From a virus (Duplodnaviria; Heunggongvirae; Uroviricota; Caudoviricetes), in the IMG/VR virus record IMGVR_UViG_2698536418_000030: a DNA stretch of 12,058 bases. The stretch is one strand, 5' to 3'. This document shows, one piece after another, positions 1-8,950 of the stretch. Made by a program: the position numbers and the translations under genes. The notes below the pieces were generated by a model. That model saw only the letters and a list, made by a program, of their open reading frames with translations. It searched no databases and was not told where the DNA came from. Numbering within the stretch: the first letter of the stretch is position 1; each line of letters starts with the position of its first letter.

Positions 1-1248
1 ATGCAGGAAACGGTAAATCAGGCTTCTGGCGCATTACAGAAAAACCAGAACGGCGCGGATATTCCTGATAAGGATCGCTTCCTGAGTAACATTAATGTTT
101 ACAGCAAAGGCGAGGTGGATAAGAAAAAAGGAATGCGGCAGTACGCATTTAATGCGCCGTCTAATGCAATTGGTGGAAAGTGGTATCCAGTTATTTTCCG
201 GCGTTCCACAGGCGGCACTGGCGAGCTGGCTTCCAGAGTGATTATAACGACCACATGTGCCAGTAGTGATTACGCAATGAATAACTGCGAATTCAATGGA
301 ATGGTAATGCCTGGTGGCTGGACTGATCGTGGTTCATATGCGGCAGGTTATTTTTCGACGTATCAGACTAATGAGCGCGCAATCCATTCCATTGTAACAA
401 GCCTTAAAGAAGATGATGTATGCAGCGTTTTTTACGTTGAAGGCAGGGCTTTTCCTGTGCGGGTTTCTGCTGAAGAAGGGCTAACGGTTATTGTTCCAAC
501 TCAGGATTATACTGTCGGTCAAACAACATATAAGTGGGGAGCAACTAATCCCGCGACAGAAAGCACGAACGCACAAGCCATTCTGGATTTTAACAATGGG
601 CGAGGGTTTTATTGTTCTCACTCAATACTCGGTATTAATGCCATTTTTAGCGGAAATCTGGGGATTGGAACGGCTAATGCCCTGGGTGGAAATTCAATAG
701 TTTTAGGAGATAACGATACCGGGTTTAAACAAAATGGTGATGGGGTGCTGGATGCTTATGCTAATGGTGTGCATGTATTCCGCTTTATAAATGGTTCAGC
801 AAGATCATTAAAGGGTATTCAGGCTGGGGAAAGTAAGTTCTTCACACTTTCAAGTGCAAATACCGCTGCCCGTAATGCATCATTTAGCTTGTGGGGAAAT
901 TCGTCAAGACCAACTGTTGCAGAGCTTGGTGATGATTCAGGCTGGCATTTCTATAGTCAGCGAAATACAGATAACTCGGTGATATTTGCTGTTAACGGTC
1001 AGATACAACCCAGCAACTGGGGGAATTTTGATTCCCGCTATGTGAAAGATGTTCGTCTTGGTTCACAGCAATATCATGGTGTGAACAACTGGCAAACATG
1101 GAATTTCCAGTGCCCGTCAGGTCATGTATTGTCTGGTATTAATGTTCAGGATACAGGGTCCAACTCTGCCGATAATATAGCGGGCGTTTATTACAGACCC
1201 GTTCAAAAGTATATAAATGGCACCTGGTATAATGTAGCGAGCGTTTAA
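1..1248 (+). CDS. Tail fibre protein, alternative variable C-terminal segment (Mu S'/Sv'-like). Probably start-less and expressed only after fusion to the constant 5' part of the tail-fibre gene by inversion; the ATG at position 1 lies inside the crossover site.
   Basis: 415-codon ORF running to the window edge. Shares motifs with the C-terminal part of the 2341-3696 tail-fibre protein ([22 protein letters not shown]; C-terminal ..GT.YNV.S.). Nucleotides 2-24 match, in inverted orientation, the inner end of the crossover site plus flank at 3160-3199 (20 of 23). Followed 1 nt later by a tail-fibre assembly gene. Confidence 0.75.
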   Translation: MQETVNQASGALQKNQNGADIPDKDRFLSNINVYSKGEVDKKKGMRQYAFNAPSNAIGGKWYPVIFRRSTGGTGELASRVIITTTCASSDYAMNNCEFNGMVMPGGWTDRGSYAAGYFSTYQTNERAIHSIVTSLKEDDVCSVFYVEGRAFPVRVSAEEGLTVIVPTQDYTVGQTTYKWGATNPATESTNAQAILDFNNGRGFYCSHSILGINAIFSGNLGIGTANALGGNSIVLGDNDTGFKQNGDGVLDAYANGVHVFRFINGSARSLKGIQAGESKFFTLSSANTAARNASFSLWGNSSRPTVAELGDDSGWHFYSQRNTDNSVIFAVNGQIQPSNWGNFDSRYVKDVRLGSQQYHGVNNWQTWNFQCPSGHVLSGINVQDTGSNSADNIAGVYYRPVQKYINGTWYNVASV

Positions 1249-1249
1249 T

Positions 1250-1783
1250 ATGATGCACTTAAAGAACATAAAAGCGGGTAACGCTAAAACACTGGAACAG
1301 TATGAGTTAACAAAGAAACACGGAGTTATCTGGCTTTACGCTGAAGATGGTAAGAACTGGTATGAGGCACAAAAAGCCTTTCAGGCAGACACACTAAAAA
1401 TCGCTTACGATGACAGAGGTATCATTCGCTATATTGAAAAAGATGTGTCGTCTATTAACCCGGAAGGAATGAGCGTTGTCGAATTACCCGACACGACAGC
1501 GAATCGCCGGGCCGATATTCTCGGTGACTGGGTGTTTCAGGATGGCAAGGTCATGAAACGCCCCCGGACTGATGAAGAACTACGTCAACTGGCTGAAATT
1601 CAGAAACAGATTTTGCTGCGACAGGCCAGAGAGGAAACGCAGTGCTGGCAAACACAGCTTGCGCTGGGAATTATCAGCGATTCAGACAGGCAAAGACTCA
1701 TTAACTGGATGTTATACATGCAGCAGGTTGATGCCACAGATACCTCTGTTCTTCCTGTAACATTCCCGGAACAACCAGAATGA
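1250..1783 (+). CDS. Tail fibre assembly protein (chaperone), alternative copy (Mu U'-like)
   Basis: 177-aa ORF. N-terminal 50 residues are near-identical to the 1812-2339 product ([33 protein letters not shown]), with a divergent C-terminus. Start ATGATG is 1 nt after the stop of the upstream fibre segment. Confidence 0.85.
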   Translation: MMHLKNIKAGNAKTLEQYELTKKHGVIWLYAEDGKNWYEAQKAFQADTLKIAYDDRGIIRYIEKDVSSINPEGMSVVELPDTTANRRADILGDWVFQDGKVMKRPRTDEELRQLAEIQKQILLRQAREETQCWQTQLALGIISDSDRQRLINWMLYMQQVDATDTSVLPVTFPEQPE

Positions 1784-1786
1784 GAC

Positions 1787-1816
1787 AAGGCCCGCTATCG
1801 GGCCTTAATTTTTATT
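1787..1816. terminator. Hairpin between the convergent tail-fibre assembly genes; likely intrinsic terminator, mainly for the + strand gene
   Basis: AAGGCCCG / CGGGCCTT 8-bp perfect stem (1787-1794 and 1799-1806) with loop CTAT, followed by AATTTTTATT on the + strand. Lies in the 28-bp gap between the stops at 1783 and 1812. Confidence 0.5.
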
Positions 1817-2339
1817 CAGGCTTTTGTGGCCATTCAGGATTTGCCGTATCCACACGGCTGACCAGAACACTGTAGCGTTCCCATGACTCCAGTCGTGCGC
1901 GTTCCTCATTAGTTGCCATATTCAGCCTGACAGCACGTTCCAGCGGTTGAATCACAGACTCCGCTTCGGAAAGCAAAGCGGCTTTTTGTAACTCTGCCTG
2001 CTGTTGCAGCTCCTGTTTTGTATATTCCCGCTTTACTACTTTACCATCCAGAAACATCCAGTTTCCGTTATTGTCTGCGCGACGATTTGCCGTAATATCG
2101 GATACTTCAACAACACTTAAACCTTCCGGGTTAATAGTTGAAACATCTTTGCTTACGGTAACAATCACATTATTTTTATCGTATGCAATTTTTATAGTAT
2201 CTGGTTGAAAGTTTTTTTGTTCTTCGTACCAGTTTTTACCATCTTCAGTATAAAGCCAGACCACTCCAGCTTTTTTGGTTAACTGGTATTGTTCAGGTGT
2301 TTTGGGGTTCCCTGCTTTAATGTTTTTTAAATGCATCAT
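1812..2339 (-). CDS. U: Tail fibre assembly protein (chaperone), Mu U-like
   Basis: 175-aa ORF. Start ATGATG is 1 nt after the stop of the tail-fibre gene. N-terminus conserved with the 1250-1783 product. Size and position match Mu U. Confidence 0.85.
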   Translation of the reverse strand: MMHLKNIKAGNPKTPEQYQLTKKAGVVWLYTEDGKNWYEEQKNFQPDTIKIAYDKNNVIVTVSKDVSTINPEGLSVVEVSDITANRRADNNGNWMFLDGKVVKREYTKQELQQQAELQKAALLSEAESVIQPLERAVRLNMATNEERARLESWERYSVLVSRVDTANPEWPQKPE

Positions 2340-2340
2340 G

Positions 2341-3696
2341 TCAAATACTCACAACGTTATAATATGTCCCACCAATCAACTTCTGAATAGGCCTTCTGGT
2401 TAATGTATCAATAAATTCATCGGTGTTGCTGTTTCCGGCTGCGGTCAGAACATATCCAGAAGTATCCCAGTAACCAGGGCCTCGCCATGCTGATATTGAT
2501 TCTGCGCTACCAAGTCGAATGTCTCTTACATATGTGCTATTGAGATAATCAGCTAAATTTGAACCCCAACACCCGCCAAATATATTTCCATCGGTGTTAT
2601 AAATGATGCCACCCGCAACAAGAGCACCCGGTGAAATAAAAGATTTATCGTTCGGGTTAAACTGCCATAAAGCATCATTACCGCCATCGCCACGCATATG
2701 AATACATGGAACCGGAAATCCATACTGTTCTGTCAGCAAATAACCAAAGCTGACCGCGCCGGGATAGCCCTGTCCATTGCGAATGGACAAGCCCTTAACT
2801 ATCGGCACGTAATGACCACCAGGAGTGGGATTCCAGGCAAACTGCGTCTGAACAAAAGGCGCGGTGGCATTATTCAACTGGTCTGCAAATGCGCCACTTC
2901 CATCAGGAATTATTCCCTGAGGAATGTATGCAACCCGCTTATAAAAATCAGCAGATGCGGGTTGAAGCCCAAATGCCAGTTGTCCATTTGAATAGAATAA
3001 AAGGACACCGTCTCCGCCCTGTTTAATACCAGTGTCGTTATCTCCGAGAGTAATGGAATTACCACCCAGTGCATTATCGGTATCAACGCCGAATGCAGAT
3101 GTCTGTGGTAGATTCAGTTTTCCGGTCATTGTATCGCCAGAACGCTGAACAGCGTTACCAGCCTTGTTTACCGTTTCCTGTAAACCGAGGTTTTGGATAA
3201 ACAGCGGCTTATTGGGAATATCTGCTCCGTTCCGGTCTTTTGCCAGACGGGCACTGGCATTATCCATCGCAATTTTCACCGCTTTTGCGGTGGCTGCCAG
3301 CGTTTCACTGGGGCTGTCAGTGGCACTGGTTAGCTGAACGAGTCCTTTTTTGTTCAGGCTGGCATCATAAATATCCAGATTTTCACGTGCTGTACGCTGT
3401 GCTGATGCCCCGGCAGTTTTAATTTCGCTGAGGTTATTTTTTATCAGCAGTGCGTTATTGCTCATAATGGCTTTAATGGATAGTGCAAGCTGGTTTAATT
3501 TTGTTTTATCCGGTTGAATACCGGCTTCTTCCAGCGTGTTTAATAACTCCGCCTGCACAATATTAAACCAGTCCATGCCGGGCCATGTGATAACATTATT
3601 CCCGTCACCTTCTGAAAACCAGCGAACGATAGCACTACGCTGGGCGGATACGGGCGGCATGACGGTTACGCCGCTGTCGTTATCAATATAAAACAT
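2341..3696 (-). CDS. S: Tail fibre protein (Mu S-like): constant N-terminal part (about 3201-3696) fused to a variable C-terminal part (2341-3174) through the in-frame crossover site
   Basis: 451-aa ORF. The 26-bp gix-type site at 3175-3200 is read in frame as IQNLGLQET. Start ATG overlaps the stop of the upstream gene (TAATG). C-terminal region has fibre-like Gly/Asn/Thr-rich repeats shared with the 1-1248 segment. Confidence 0.85.
   Translation of the reverse strand: MFYIDNDSGVTVMPPVSAQRSAIVRWFSEGDGNNVITWPGMDWFNIVQAELLNTLEEAGIQPDKTKLNQLALSIKAIMSNNALLIKNNLSEIKTAGASAQRTARENLDIYDASLNKKGLVQLTSATDSPSETLAATAKAVKIAMDNASARLAKDRNGADIPNKPLFIQNLGLQETVNKAGNAVQRSGDTMTGKLNLPQTSAFGVDTDNALGGNSITLGDNDTGIKQGGDGVLLFYSNGQLAFGLQPASADFYKRVAYIPQGIIPDGSGAFADQLNNATAPFVQTQFAWNPTPGGHYVPIVKGLSIRNGQGYPGAVSFGYLLTEQYGFPVPCIHMRGDGGNDALWQFNPNDKSFISPGALVAGGIIYNTDGNIFGGCWGSNLADYLNSTYVRDIRLGSAESISAWRGPGYWDTSGYVLTAAGNSNTDEFIDTLTRRPIQKLIGGTYYNVVSI
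3175..3200. other. gix-type site-specific recombination (crossover) site of the tail-fibre cassette: TTCCTGTAAACC-GA-GGTTTTGGATAA
   Basis: Two 12-bp imperfect inverted half-sites around a 2-bp core (GA at 3187-3188). Matches the Gin/Hin/Cin/Pin (Din family) crossover-site pattern as I recall it. Located exactly at the constant/variable junction of the tail-fibre gene. Confidence 0.8.
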
Positions 3697-4238
3697 TAGT
3701 TATCTCCGTCATGGTAAACAAATTTATAAATCTGATGCGCGGGTTTATATTTCTCCAGTAAACATTCCAGCGCACCCGATTCATAAACACGTAACGGCGT
3801 CAGAACATTATCCAGCACCGTTGCGTTGCGATAATTTTTAATACCGTAAATATTGACCTGCGTAACCCACTGGCCTTCTGTGGAATCCGTCAGCCTGACG
3901 GTAAAACCGTACTGCGCAGCCAGCCATTCATAAAAGCGCCGACTCAGATTGCCGGTCATACGCATTTTATTCGCGGCAGCCCGCTGGCGTTCGGACAGGG
4001 TGCCGTTTTCGCTGGTACAGTCCGGCAACCCCAGAAATGATTCCCACCCCCCCAGATACCAGCGGGATGTGGACGGGAAACGCTCCCGCAGCATTTGCCG
4101 CGCATCATCCGCCGCAGTGGCAATCACGTCGCTGATGGCCTGCGCCAGCGCAGATAATTTGCTGTCGGGGCTTTTATTCCAGGCAAGCCCTGACGGCAGT
4201 AATTGCAGAAAGGCCGTCTGATAGGGTGTTACAGCCAT
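3696..4238 (-). CDS. Phage tail/baseplate protein (Mu gp48/R-like; DUF2313/YmfQ-like, P2 gpI-like)
   Basis: 180-aa ORF. Start overlaps the stop of the next gene by 10 nt. Position immediately upstream of the tail-fibre gene and size match Mu R. Family assignment is from memory of gene order, not from a search. Confidence 0.75.
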   Translation of the reverse strand: MAVTPYQTAFLQLLPSGLAWNKSPDSKLSALAQAISDVIATAADDARQMLRERFPSTSRWYLGGWESFLGLPDCTSENGTLSERQRAAANKMRMTGNLSRRFYEWLAAQYGFTVRLTDSTEGQWVTQVNIYGIKNYRNATVLDNVLTPLRVYESGALECLLEKYKPAHQIYKFVYHDGDN

Positions 4239-5311
4239 TCAATTGTCCCCGGTGTTAACAGTTCCGTATTCTCCGAACGCTGGATCTCTGTCGGGAAACG
4301 CACTTCAAAATCATCCAGACCGGTAACACCTGCCACCGCACGGATAATACGGGAGGGGGCAAGTGCGCCGCCCGGCGTCACCTCATTAAAAAACATGGTA
4401 TTAATGGCGTGGGTAATAGCCTGTTTCAGTTCGGCTGTCTTCGGTGATATATAAATCCGTGGATTTACCGGCTTTGCCTTTGGCGCAAATACAGTGACAT
4501 TTACACCGTCAGGCTGTCCGACAATCAGACCGGTGATCGGGTCAGTATGACCGGCGATATAATCCGCCACGCGTTCCACGTCTGCCGGTTGTGGAAAAAT
4601 ATTGCTCCGGTTATCCATAACAAACGTCACCCCGACTGTGCCACCGCCTTTCCATGTCGGAAAACACCAGGCACGGGTAACGCCGCTGACTTCACGCGCC
4701 CAGCGAACATAATCAAACTGATTACCGCCGAACGGAGGATACTGGACACGATATTCCAGCCGTGACAGCAGCTCCGCTGCACTCTCAATATCAGCCCCAC
4801 CGGAAAACCCTTTTACAGTGATGGCATCGGAAACAACACAGGCAACCGGGGTGATCAACGTTAAAAGGGTATTCTCACCGGTATTTCCTGCTTCACCGGC
4901 AGCCAGTGCGGTAACGGTAATTTCCGTCGTTCCTGCACGGTCAATCACAATGGCATCAGCCAGGCTGTAAACCACACCATCAGCACGCTGCCAGCGTGTA
5001 CCGGCAGGAATGGTGGTCGCTGCCGATGTGGTGACAGTCAGCGGGCCGCTGGCGGCTGTCGCCTGTTTGCGGCGCACGCCCCAGAACCGGCAGTGCTCCA
5101 GCAACTCATCTTCATCTGCTGTCGACGGGATAATCTGCCGTCCAACCCATGAAATATGCTCGTGACAACCGGCAGCAAGGCCCGCCTGAGCATAAGCAAT
5201 GGCACTCAGCGTTTTTTCACGGGCCTGAGGCCAGCTACCCGGCAGGCGCTGTTCAATATTCTGTTCTGTACGGGCAATCAGCGATGATAATGTCGGTGGT
5301 GAATAAGCCAT
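4229..5311 (-). CDS. Baseplate J-like protein (Mu gp47/W-like)
   Basis: 360-aa ORF tightly packed in the tail operon. Size and order match Mu W / P2 gpJ-type baseplate wedge protein. Confidence 0.75.
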   Translation of the reverse strand: MAYSPPTLSSLIARTEQNIEQRLPGSWPQAREKTLSAIAYAQAGLAAGCHEHISWVGRQIIPSTADEDELLEHCRFWGVRRKQATAASGPLTVTTSAATTIPAGTRWQRADGVVYSLADAIVIDRAGTTEITVTALAAGEAGNTGENTLLTLITPVACVVSDAITVKGFSGGADIESAAELLSRLEYRVQYPPFGGNQFDYVRWAREVSGVTRAWCFPTWKGGGTVGVTFVMDNRSNIFPQPADVERVADYIAGHTDPITGLIVGQPDGVNVTVFAPKAKPVNPRIYISPKTAELKQAITHAINTMFFNEVTPGGALAPSRIIRAVAGVTGLDDFEVRFPTEIQRSENTELLTPGTIEWL

Positions 5312-5749
5312 TTAAACCCCGTTAAATGCTGCTTTAAACTCATAAGGAATAACGGAACCATCCGGTAATGTCAGTGCAATGTAGAGGTATAACCAGCCCT
5401 GATGTAACTGTTCCGCTCTGACGTTAATCGCACTTACCCGGCCCGCTGTTTTCAGCCATTCCAGCGCCTCTTCGGCATACCCTCTGGCGCGTTCCAGCGT
5501 ATCCGGTGTGGCTTTTTCACGTGATAACAGCCACAACCGCGAACCGATGGGGCGGTCGCGGTAACTGTCACCCCACCATCCACGGCGATCATCTGAACCA
5601 TCCGGCAGCGTGTCAGAATCCAGCGCGCGCCGGTCTGTAAACAGGGAGATTGTCACATCGGTTGTCAGGCTGTCGTCGGTCAGCATATCAATGCCATCCT
5701 GTGCAATATCGCCGCGTCCGTTCGTCCAGATAATGGCTAAATCGGTCAT
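5312..5749 (-). CDS. Baseplate wedge protein, GP46/gp25-like (Mu gp46/V-like)
   Basis: 145-aa ORF directly abutting neighbours. Size and order match Mu V. Confidence 0.75.
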   Translation of the reverse strand: MTDLAIIWTNGRGDIAQDGIDMLTDDSLTTDVTISLFTDRRALDSDTLPDGSDDRRGWWGDSYRDRPIGSRLWLLSREKATPDTLERARGYAEEALEWLKTAGRVSAINVRAEQLHQGWLYLYIALTLPDGSVIPYEFKAAFNGV

Positions 5750-6339
5750 TGCATTGGCCCCGTGGTTCCGCCGCTGTCGCCACGGTGGATATGCTTATCC
5801 GTCGATTTGCCATTGATGATGGCATCCGGGGCAGTAATATTGCTGTCGAACTGGCTTTTACCTTTAACGCCCAGACCTTTCTGGATCTCAACGTCGCCGG
5901 TAAACGTGGTTCTGGGTGTGTCAACGGTCATACTTTCATCAGCGTAAACCTCAACCGTTTTACAGGTAATGATGCAGCGTCCGTCCTTTGTCAGCCTGAT
6001 ACGATGCCCCTCGTGGTGGTAAATGCCTGCATCACCCGGTTCAAGATTTGTCGGGCGGTAGCGGCGGTCTTCCACCACAACGGCAATCCCCTGATCACGT
6101 TGTGCGCCTACACAGGCAATCAGCGCCTCTGCTCCCGGCAGGGGAACGCTGAAATGCCCGTAATTTTGCAGGCGCTCCACTTCATCAGATTCCTCATCAT
6201 CCAGCAGGCCGACCTGCAGGTTCTGAACCTTTCGCCCGTCGTTAATCACGTTAACAACAGCGCGCGCAAGCATCAGGCGCACACGACGCATCAGCGGCGT
6301 CAGCAGGCGGTTCAGGGCGAAATCATTTACTCTTTCCAC
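5746..6339 (-). CDS. Baseplate assembly/central spike protein (Mu gp45/Q-like, P2 gpV-like)
   Basis: 197-aa ORF with 4-nt overlap to the downstream gene. C-terminal glycine-rich segment (..KGLGVKGKSQFDSNITAP..GDSGGTTGPMQ) is typical of spike proteins. Confidence 0.75.
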   Translation of the reverse strand: MERVNDFALNRLLTPLMRRVRLMLARAVVNVINDGRKVQNLQVGLLDDEESDEVERLQNYGHFSVPLPGAEALIACVGAQRDQGIAVVVEDRRYRPTNLEPGDAGIYHHEGHRIRLTKDGRCIITCKTVEVYADESMTVDTPRTTFTGDVEIQKGLGVKGKSQFDSNITAPDAIINGKSTDKHIHRGDSGGTTGPMQ

Positions 6340-7466
6340 GGCGGCGTTTTCTCCGGGTGTCTGCGATAATAATCTTCAACCAGCGCATCAATACCGCCGT
6401 TACTGTCGCCGCCTTTCCTGTTTTTACGGTCGCTTTCAACCGGCACCAGAAAGCCTTCGCGTGGTGCAAGGCTGACGCGGGTTTTCAGCCCGTCCTGGTC
6501 ATTCAGTATCAGGGTGACTTTGCTGACCAGTAATTCCGTGGTTTTGATGGCATATTTCGAGGCATCAATAGTGACCAGCAGGTTCGGCATCCAGAGTTGC
6601 CCGTCCTTGCGAGTCCATCCGTCAATTTCAGCCTCAAAGGTGATGGATTTTGCCAGTCTGCGGCGTTGCTCACGCAGGGCGCGGGCCTGTGCATCCTTCG
6701 CCGTAATTTTGCTGTCAGCAATGATGATCATCGGTCTGTAACGGGTTACATCACTGTCAGTGGCGGTCCCTTTCCGGGAGACGATACTTTTCGCATCAAT
6801 ATCATCACCCTCAGCACCGTTTGCGCGGGCATACCCCTTGACGGTGTATTCGCTGAACCGGTCGCGGAAGTCTTCCTCAAAATCCAGTGTCAGCAGATTT
6901 TCTCCGAGAACCAGCTCATCAGTGGCTGTGCTGGCAGCCCGGCTGAATACCAGCTCTCCTGCGGCATTGCTGGTCATCAGTACACCGCGTGCGCGGGAGG
7001 CACGCACCAGCGCCTCATAAACGGTTTCTGAATGGTCCAGCGTGAAGCCGGGAAAAGCTGCCGAACTTTCCTTATCGGAAAGCTCCCAGCGAACGGTAAC
7101 GCCATAAGGAGCGCACAGGTCACGCGCAATCTGCTCCAGTGTGCGGTTTTTCCACTGTCCGCCACTGTAAACGGCAGCACAGTCAATCAGGTCAGCCGTT
7201 TTGTCACGTCCGGCGATAGTGATTTTCATGCTGTCAGCGGTCATCTGGCGTCGCCGCGAATCGATATAACCGGTGCAGACAATCTGCCCGTCGATTTCCA
7301 GCGTGAACGCCTTCCCCGGTGCCAGCCCGGATAAATCTGTACCCGGTGGCACATTCACCCCCAGCTCAAAATATCCGGCTACGGATTCAATGGAGCGGGT
7401 GACAGAGACTGACGTCCAGCCGGTAAAAAGCCTGCCATCCGTTCGCAGCGTGACGGTATTACTCAT
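6327..7466 (-). CDS. Baseplate hub / tail protein (Mu gp44/P-like, P2 gpD-like)
   Basis: 379-aa ORF. Overlapping start/stop with neighbours. Size and order match Mu P. Confidence 0.75.
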   Translation of the reverse strand: MSNTVTLRTDGRLFTGWTSVSVTRSIESVAGYFELGVNVPPGTDLSGLAPGKAFTLEIDGQIVCTGYIDSRRRQMTADSMKITIAGRDKTADLIDCAAVYSGGQWKNRTLEQIARDLCAPYGVTVRWELSDKESSAAFPGFTLDHSETVYEALVRASRARGVLMTSNAAGELVFSRAASTATDELVLGENLLTLDFEEDFRDRFSEYTVKGYARANGAEGDDIDAKSIVSRKGTATDSDVTRYRPMIIIADSKITAKDAQARALREQRRRLAKSITFEAEIDGWTRKDGQLWMPNLLVTIDASKYAIKTTELLVSKVTLILNDQDGLKTRVSLAPREGFLVPVESDRKNRKGGDSNGGIDALVEDYYRRHPEKTPPWKE

Positions 7467-8946
7467 TAATCACCTCAATACTGACACCACCGGGAACAAA
7501 CAACGGGTTGCTGATACCGTTCCTGCGGGCCAGCCGTTGCCAGTTCCGGCTGTTTCCTGTGTAACGGTACAGAGCCACCATTGCAGGCATCGTCTCCGGC
7601 AGGCGGTGCGTTTCACTGCCTGCCAGTTGCAGCCCGCGTTTTTCCAGGTCGGCAACAACCAGCAGACGCAGTTGCGTAAGCTGAACGCTGTCTGTCGAAA
7701 AGCCCTGCTCAGATGCCGTCAGAATGACGGTATCCAGCGCTGCCCCCAGCATGGCGGCTGTTTTTCCGATATCGGACACACTTTCAAATACCGGGGGCGT
7801 GGCTGTACCACTGTCTGAAAAGGATACCTGTGAAAAGCCGCCGTCCGGGGTTATGGCAGTTAACTGTAACTGTCCCTGTGTGACGGTAGCGGATGTGCTG
7901 CTGGCCCCGCTGGCTGTGCCGGTTGTGGTGGACGGGGCATCCAGTACAGGTGCACGGGCGGCATTATCCATCCGGCGACTGAAATCCAGTGCCGCAGTCA
8001 GTGCCTGGCTTGCTGCCTCCGCCCGGTATGTCTGTGCTGCTGCCAGCATGACGTAGTTCAGTGTGGCAATATTTTTTTCTGCAACCGGACTGTTGTACGA
8101 GGTTGTGATTGTCCCCTGTCTGCCTGCGGTGGCGGCATGGCGACGTTCGAATCGCTGCGCCAGACGGTTCCATGTGGAAAATGCTGTCCGGGTATCGCAT
8201 AACGATGAAACGCCGGACAGCGCCCCCATCAGCGAGGAGGCCAGCATGGCAGGCTGGTTAATCAGGCTGGTCACAGAGCCTTTCATCGCAGAAAGCGATC
8301 CCATCAGACCGCTGACAGTCTGCGTAACCCCCAGATTGTCCACCGCATCACTGATATCATCGATGACACCGGTTACAGCTTCCATCACGGCGGTTGCCGC
8401 CGCAGTGCCATCTTTTACGGTCTGCCAGACAGAGGACAGCGTATCTCCCAGAGAACCGGTTACAGCAACGGCCTGTGCCGGTACGGCTGCACTGGTGTCT
8501 GTCTCTGAGTCCGGGGCAGTATCCTGCAACGACGGATAAACGGTAACGGTGAACGCGTAATAATTCAGTTCATCCGCTTTAGTGCGGCATTCCCATGAAT
8601 CCACCATGACGTCCACAGTGCCGAAATCAGGATGTACCAGCTCACCGCTACCCGGAGCATCAAGAGCATCCATCAGCGCACCCGCTTCATCTCTGGCTGT
8701 TTCTGCGTTGCTGTTCAGAATGCAGGCGCTGAATGTACGGGAGCGAAGCTTTTTCCCCAGGTCATTGACGCCGCCGGTATCACGTAACGGGTACTCGCGT
8801 TTAACCAGGCGACGTCCGCCAGCCTGTTTTTGCTCCTCGATGACGAGAAACGGCACGTTACGAAACGTGCCTTTGCCGGTTGTTTTCTTACCACCGCTGA
8901 TTTTATCCCGGACAGCATTAACGGCATTTAAAGCATCTTCAAACAT
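7459..8946 (-). CDS. Mu N-like tail protein (DNA circularization protein family)
   Basis: 495-aa ORF immediately downstream of the tape-measure-like ORF and upstream of the baseplate hub gene. Size and order match Mu N (gp43). Confidence 0.7.
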   Translation of the reverse strand: MFEDALNAVNAVRDKISGGKKTTGKGTFRNVPFLVIEEQKQAGGRRLVKREYPLRDTGGVNDLGKKLRSRTFSACILNSNAETARDEAGALMDALDAPGSGELVHPDFGTVDVMVDSWECRTKADELNYYAFTVTVYPSLQDTAPDSETDTSAAVPAQAVAVTGSLGDTLSSVWQTVKDGTAAATAVMEAVTGVIDDISDAVDNLGVTQTVSGLMGSLSAMKGSVTSLINQPAMLASSLMGALSGVSSLCDTRTAFSTWNRLAQRFERRHAATAGRQGTITTSYNSPVAEKNIATLNYVMLAAAQTYRAEAASQALTAALDFSRRMDNAARAPVLDAPSTTTGTASGASSTSATVTQGQLQLTAITPDGGFSQVSFSDSGTATPPVFESVSDIGKTAAMLGAALDTVILTASEQGFSTDSVQLTQLRLLVVADLEKRGLQLAGSETHRLPETMPAMVALYRYTGNSRNWQRLARRNGISNPLFVPGGVSIEVINE

Positions 8947-8950
8947 GGTT

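Larger units (their letters stand above)
1..3200. other. G-type invertible tail-fibre host-range cassette (Sv, U, U', Sv'). The right boundary is the crossover site at 3175-3200; the left boundary site straddles the window start.
   Basis: Mirror-image arrangement of two variable tail-fibre segments and two tail-fibre assembly genes (1-1248 +, 1250-1783 +, 1812-2339 -, 2341-3174 -). Inverted copies of the crossover-site inner end plus about 15 bp of flank at both ends. A serine invertase gene is present in the window. Confidence 0.7.

Noticed and set aside
1-3. ATG at position 1 as a genuine start codon for the 1-1248 ORF
   Set aside because: It lies inside the inner half of the crossover site and the following codons (QETVN) duplicate those after the site in the 2341-3696 gene. 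The architecture implies expression by fusion to the constant part after inversion. Upstream sequence is not in the window, so this cannot be excluded.
5749-6369. 206-aa ORF on the + strand (also 5610-5816, 5762-5947)
   Set aside because: Entirely antisense to the tightly packed baseplate genes in a GC-rich region where long stop-free antisense frames are expected. No ribosome-binding site or recognisable protein features.
7273-7818. 181-aa + strand ORF, plus neighbouring + strand ORFs at 6597-7031, 7032-7334, 7724-8056, 8063-8539 and 8582-9034
   Set aside because: All antisense to the P-like and N-like tail genes. Their products are low-complexity with Ser/Ala/Arg/Cys-rich composition typical of reverse-strand artefacts.
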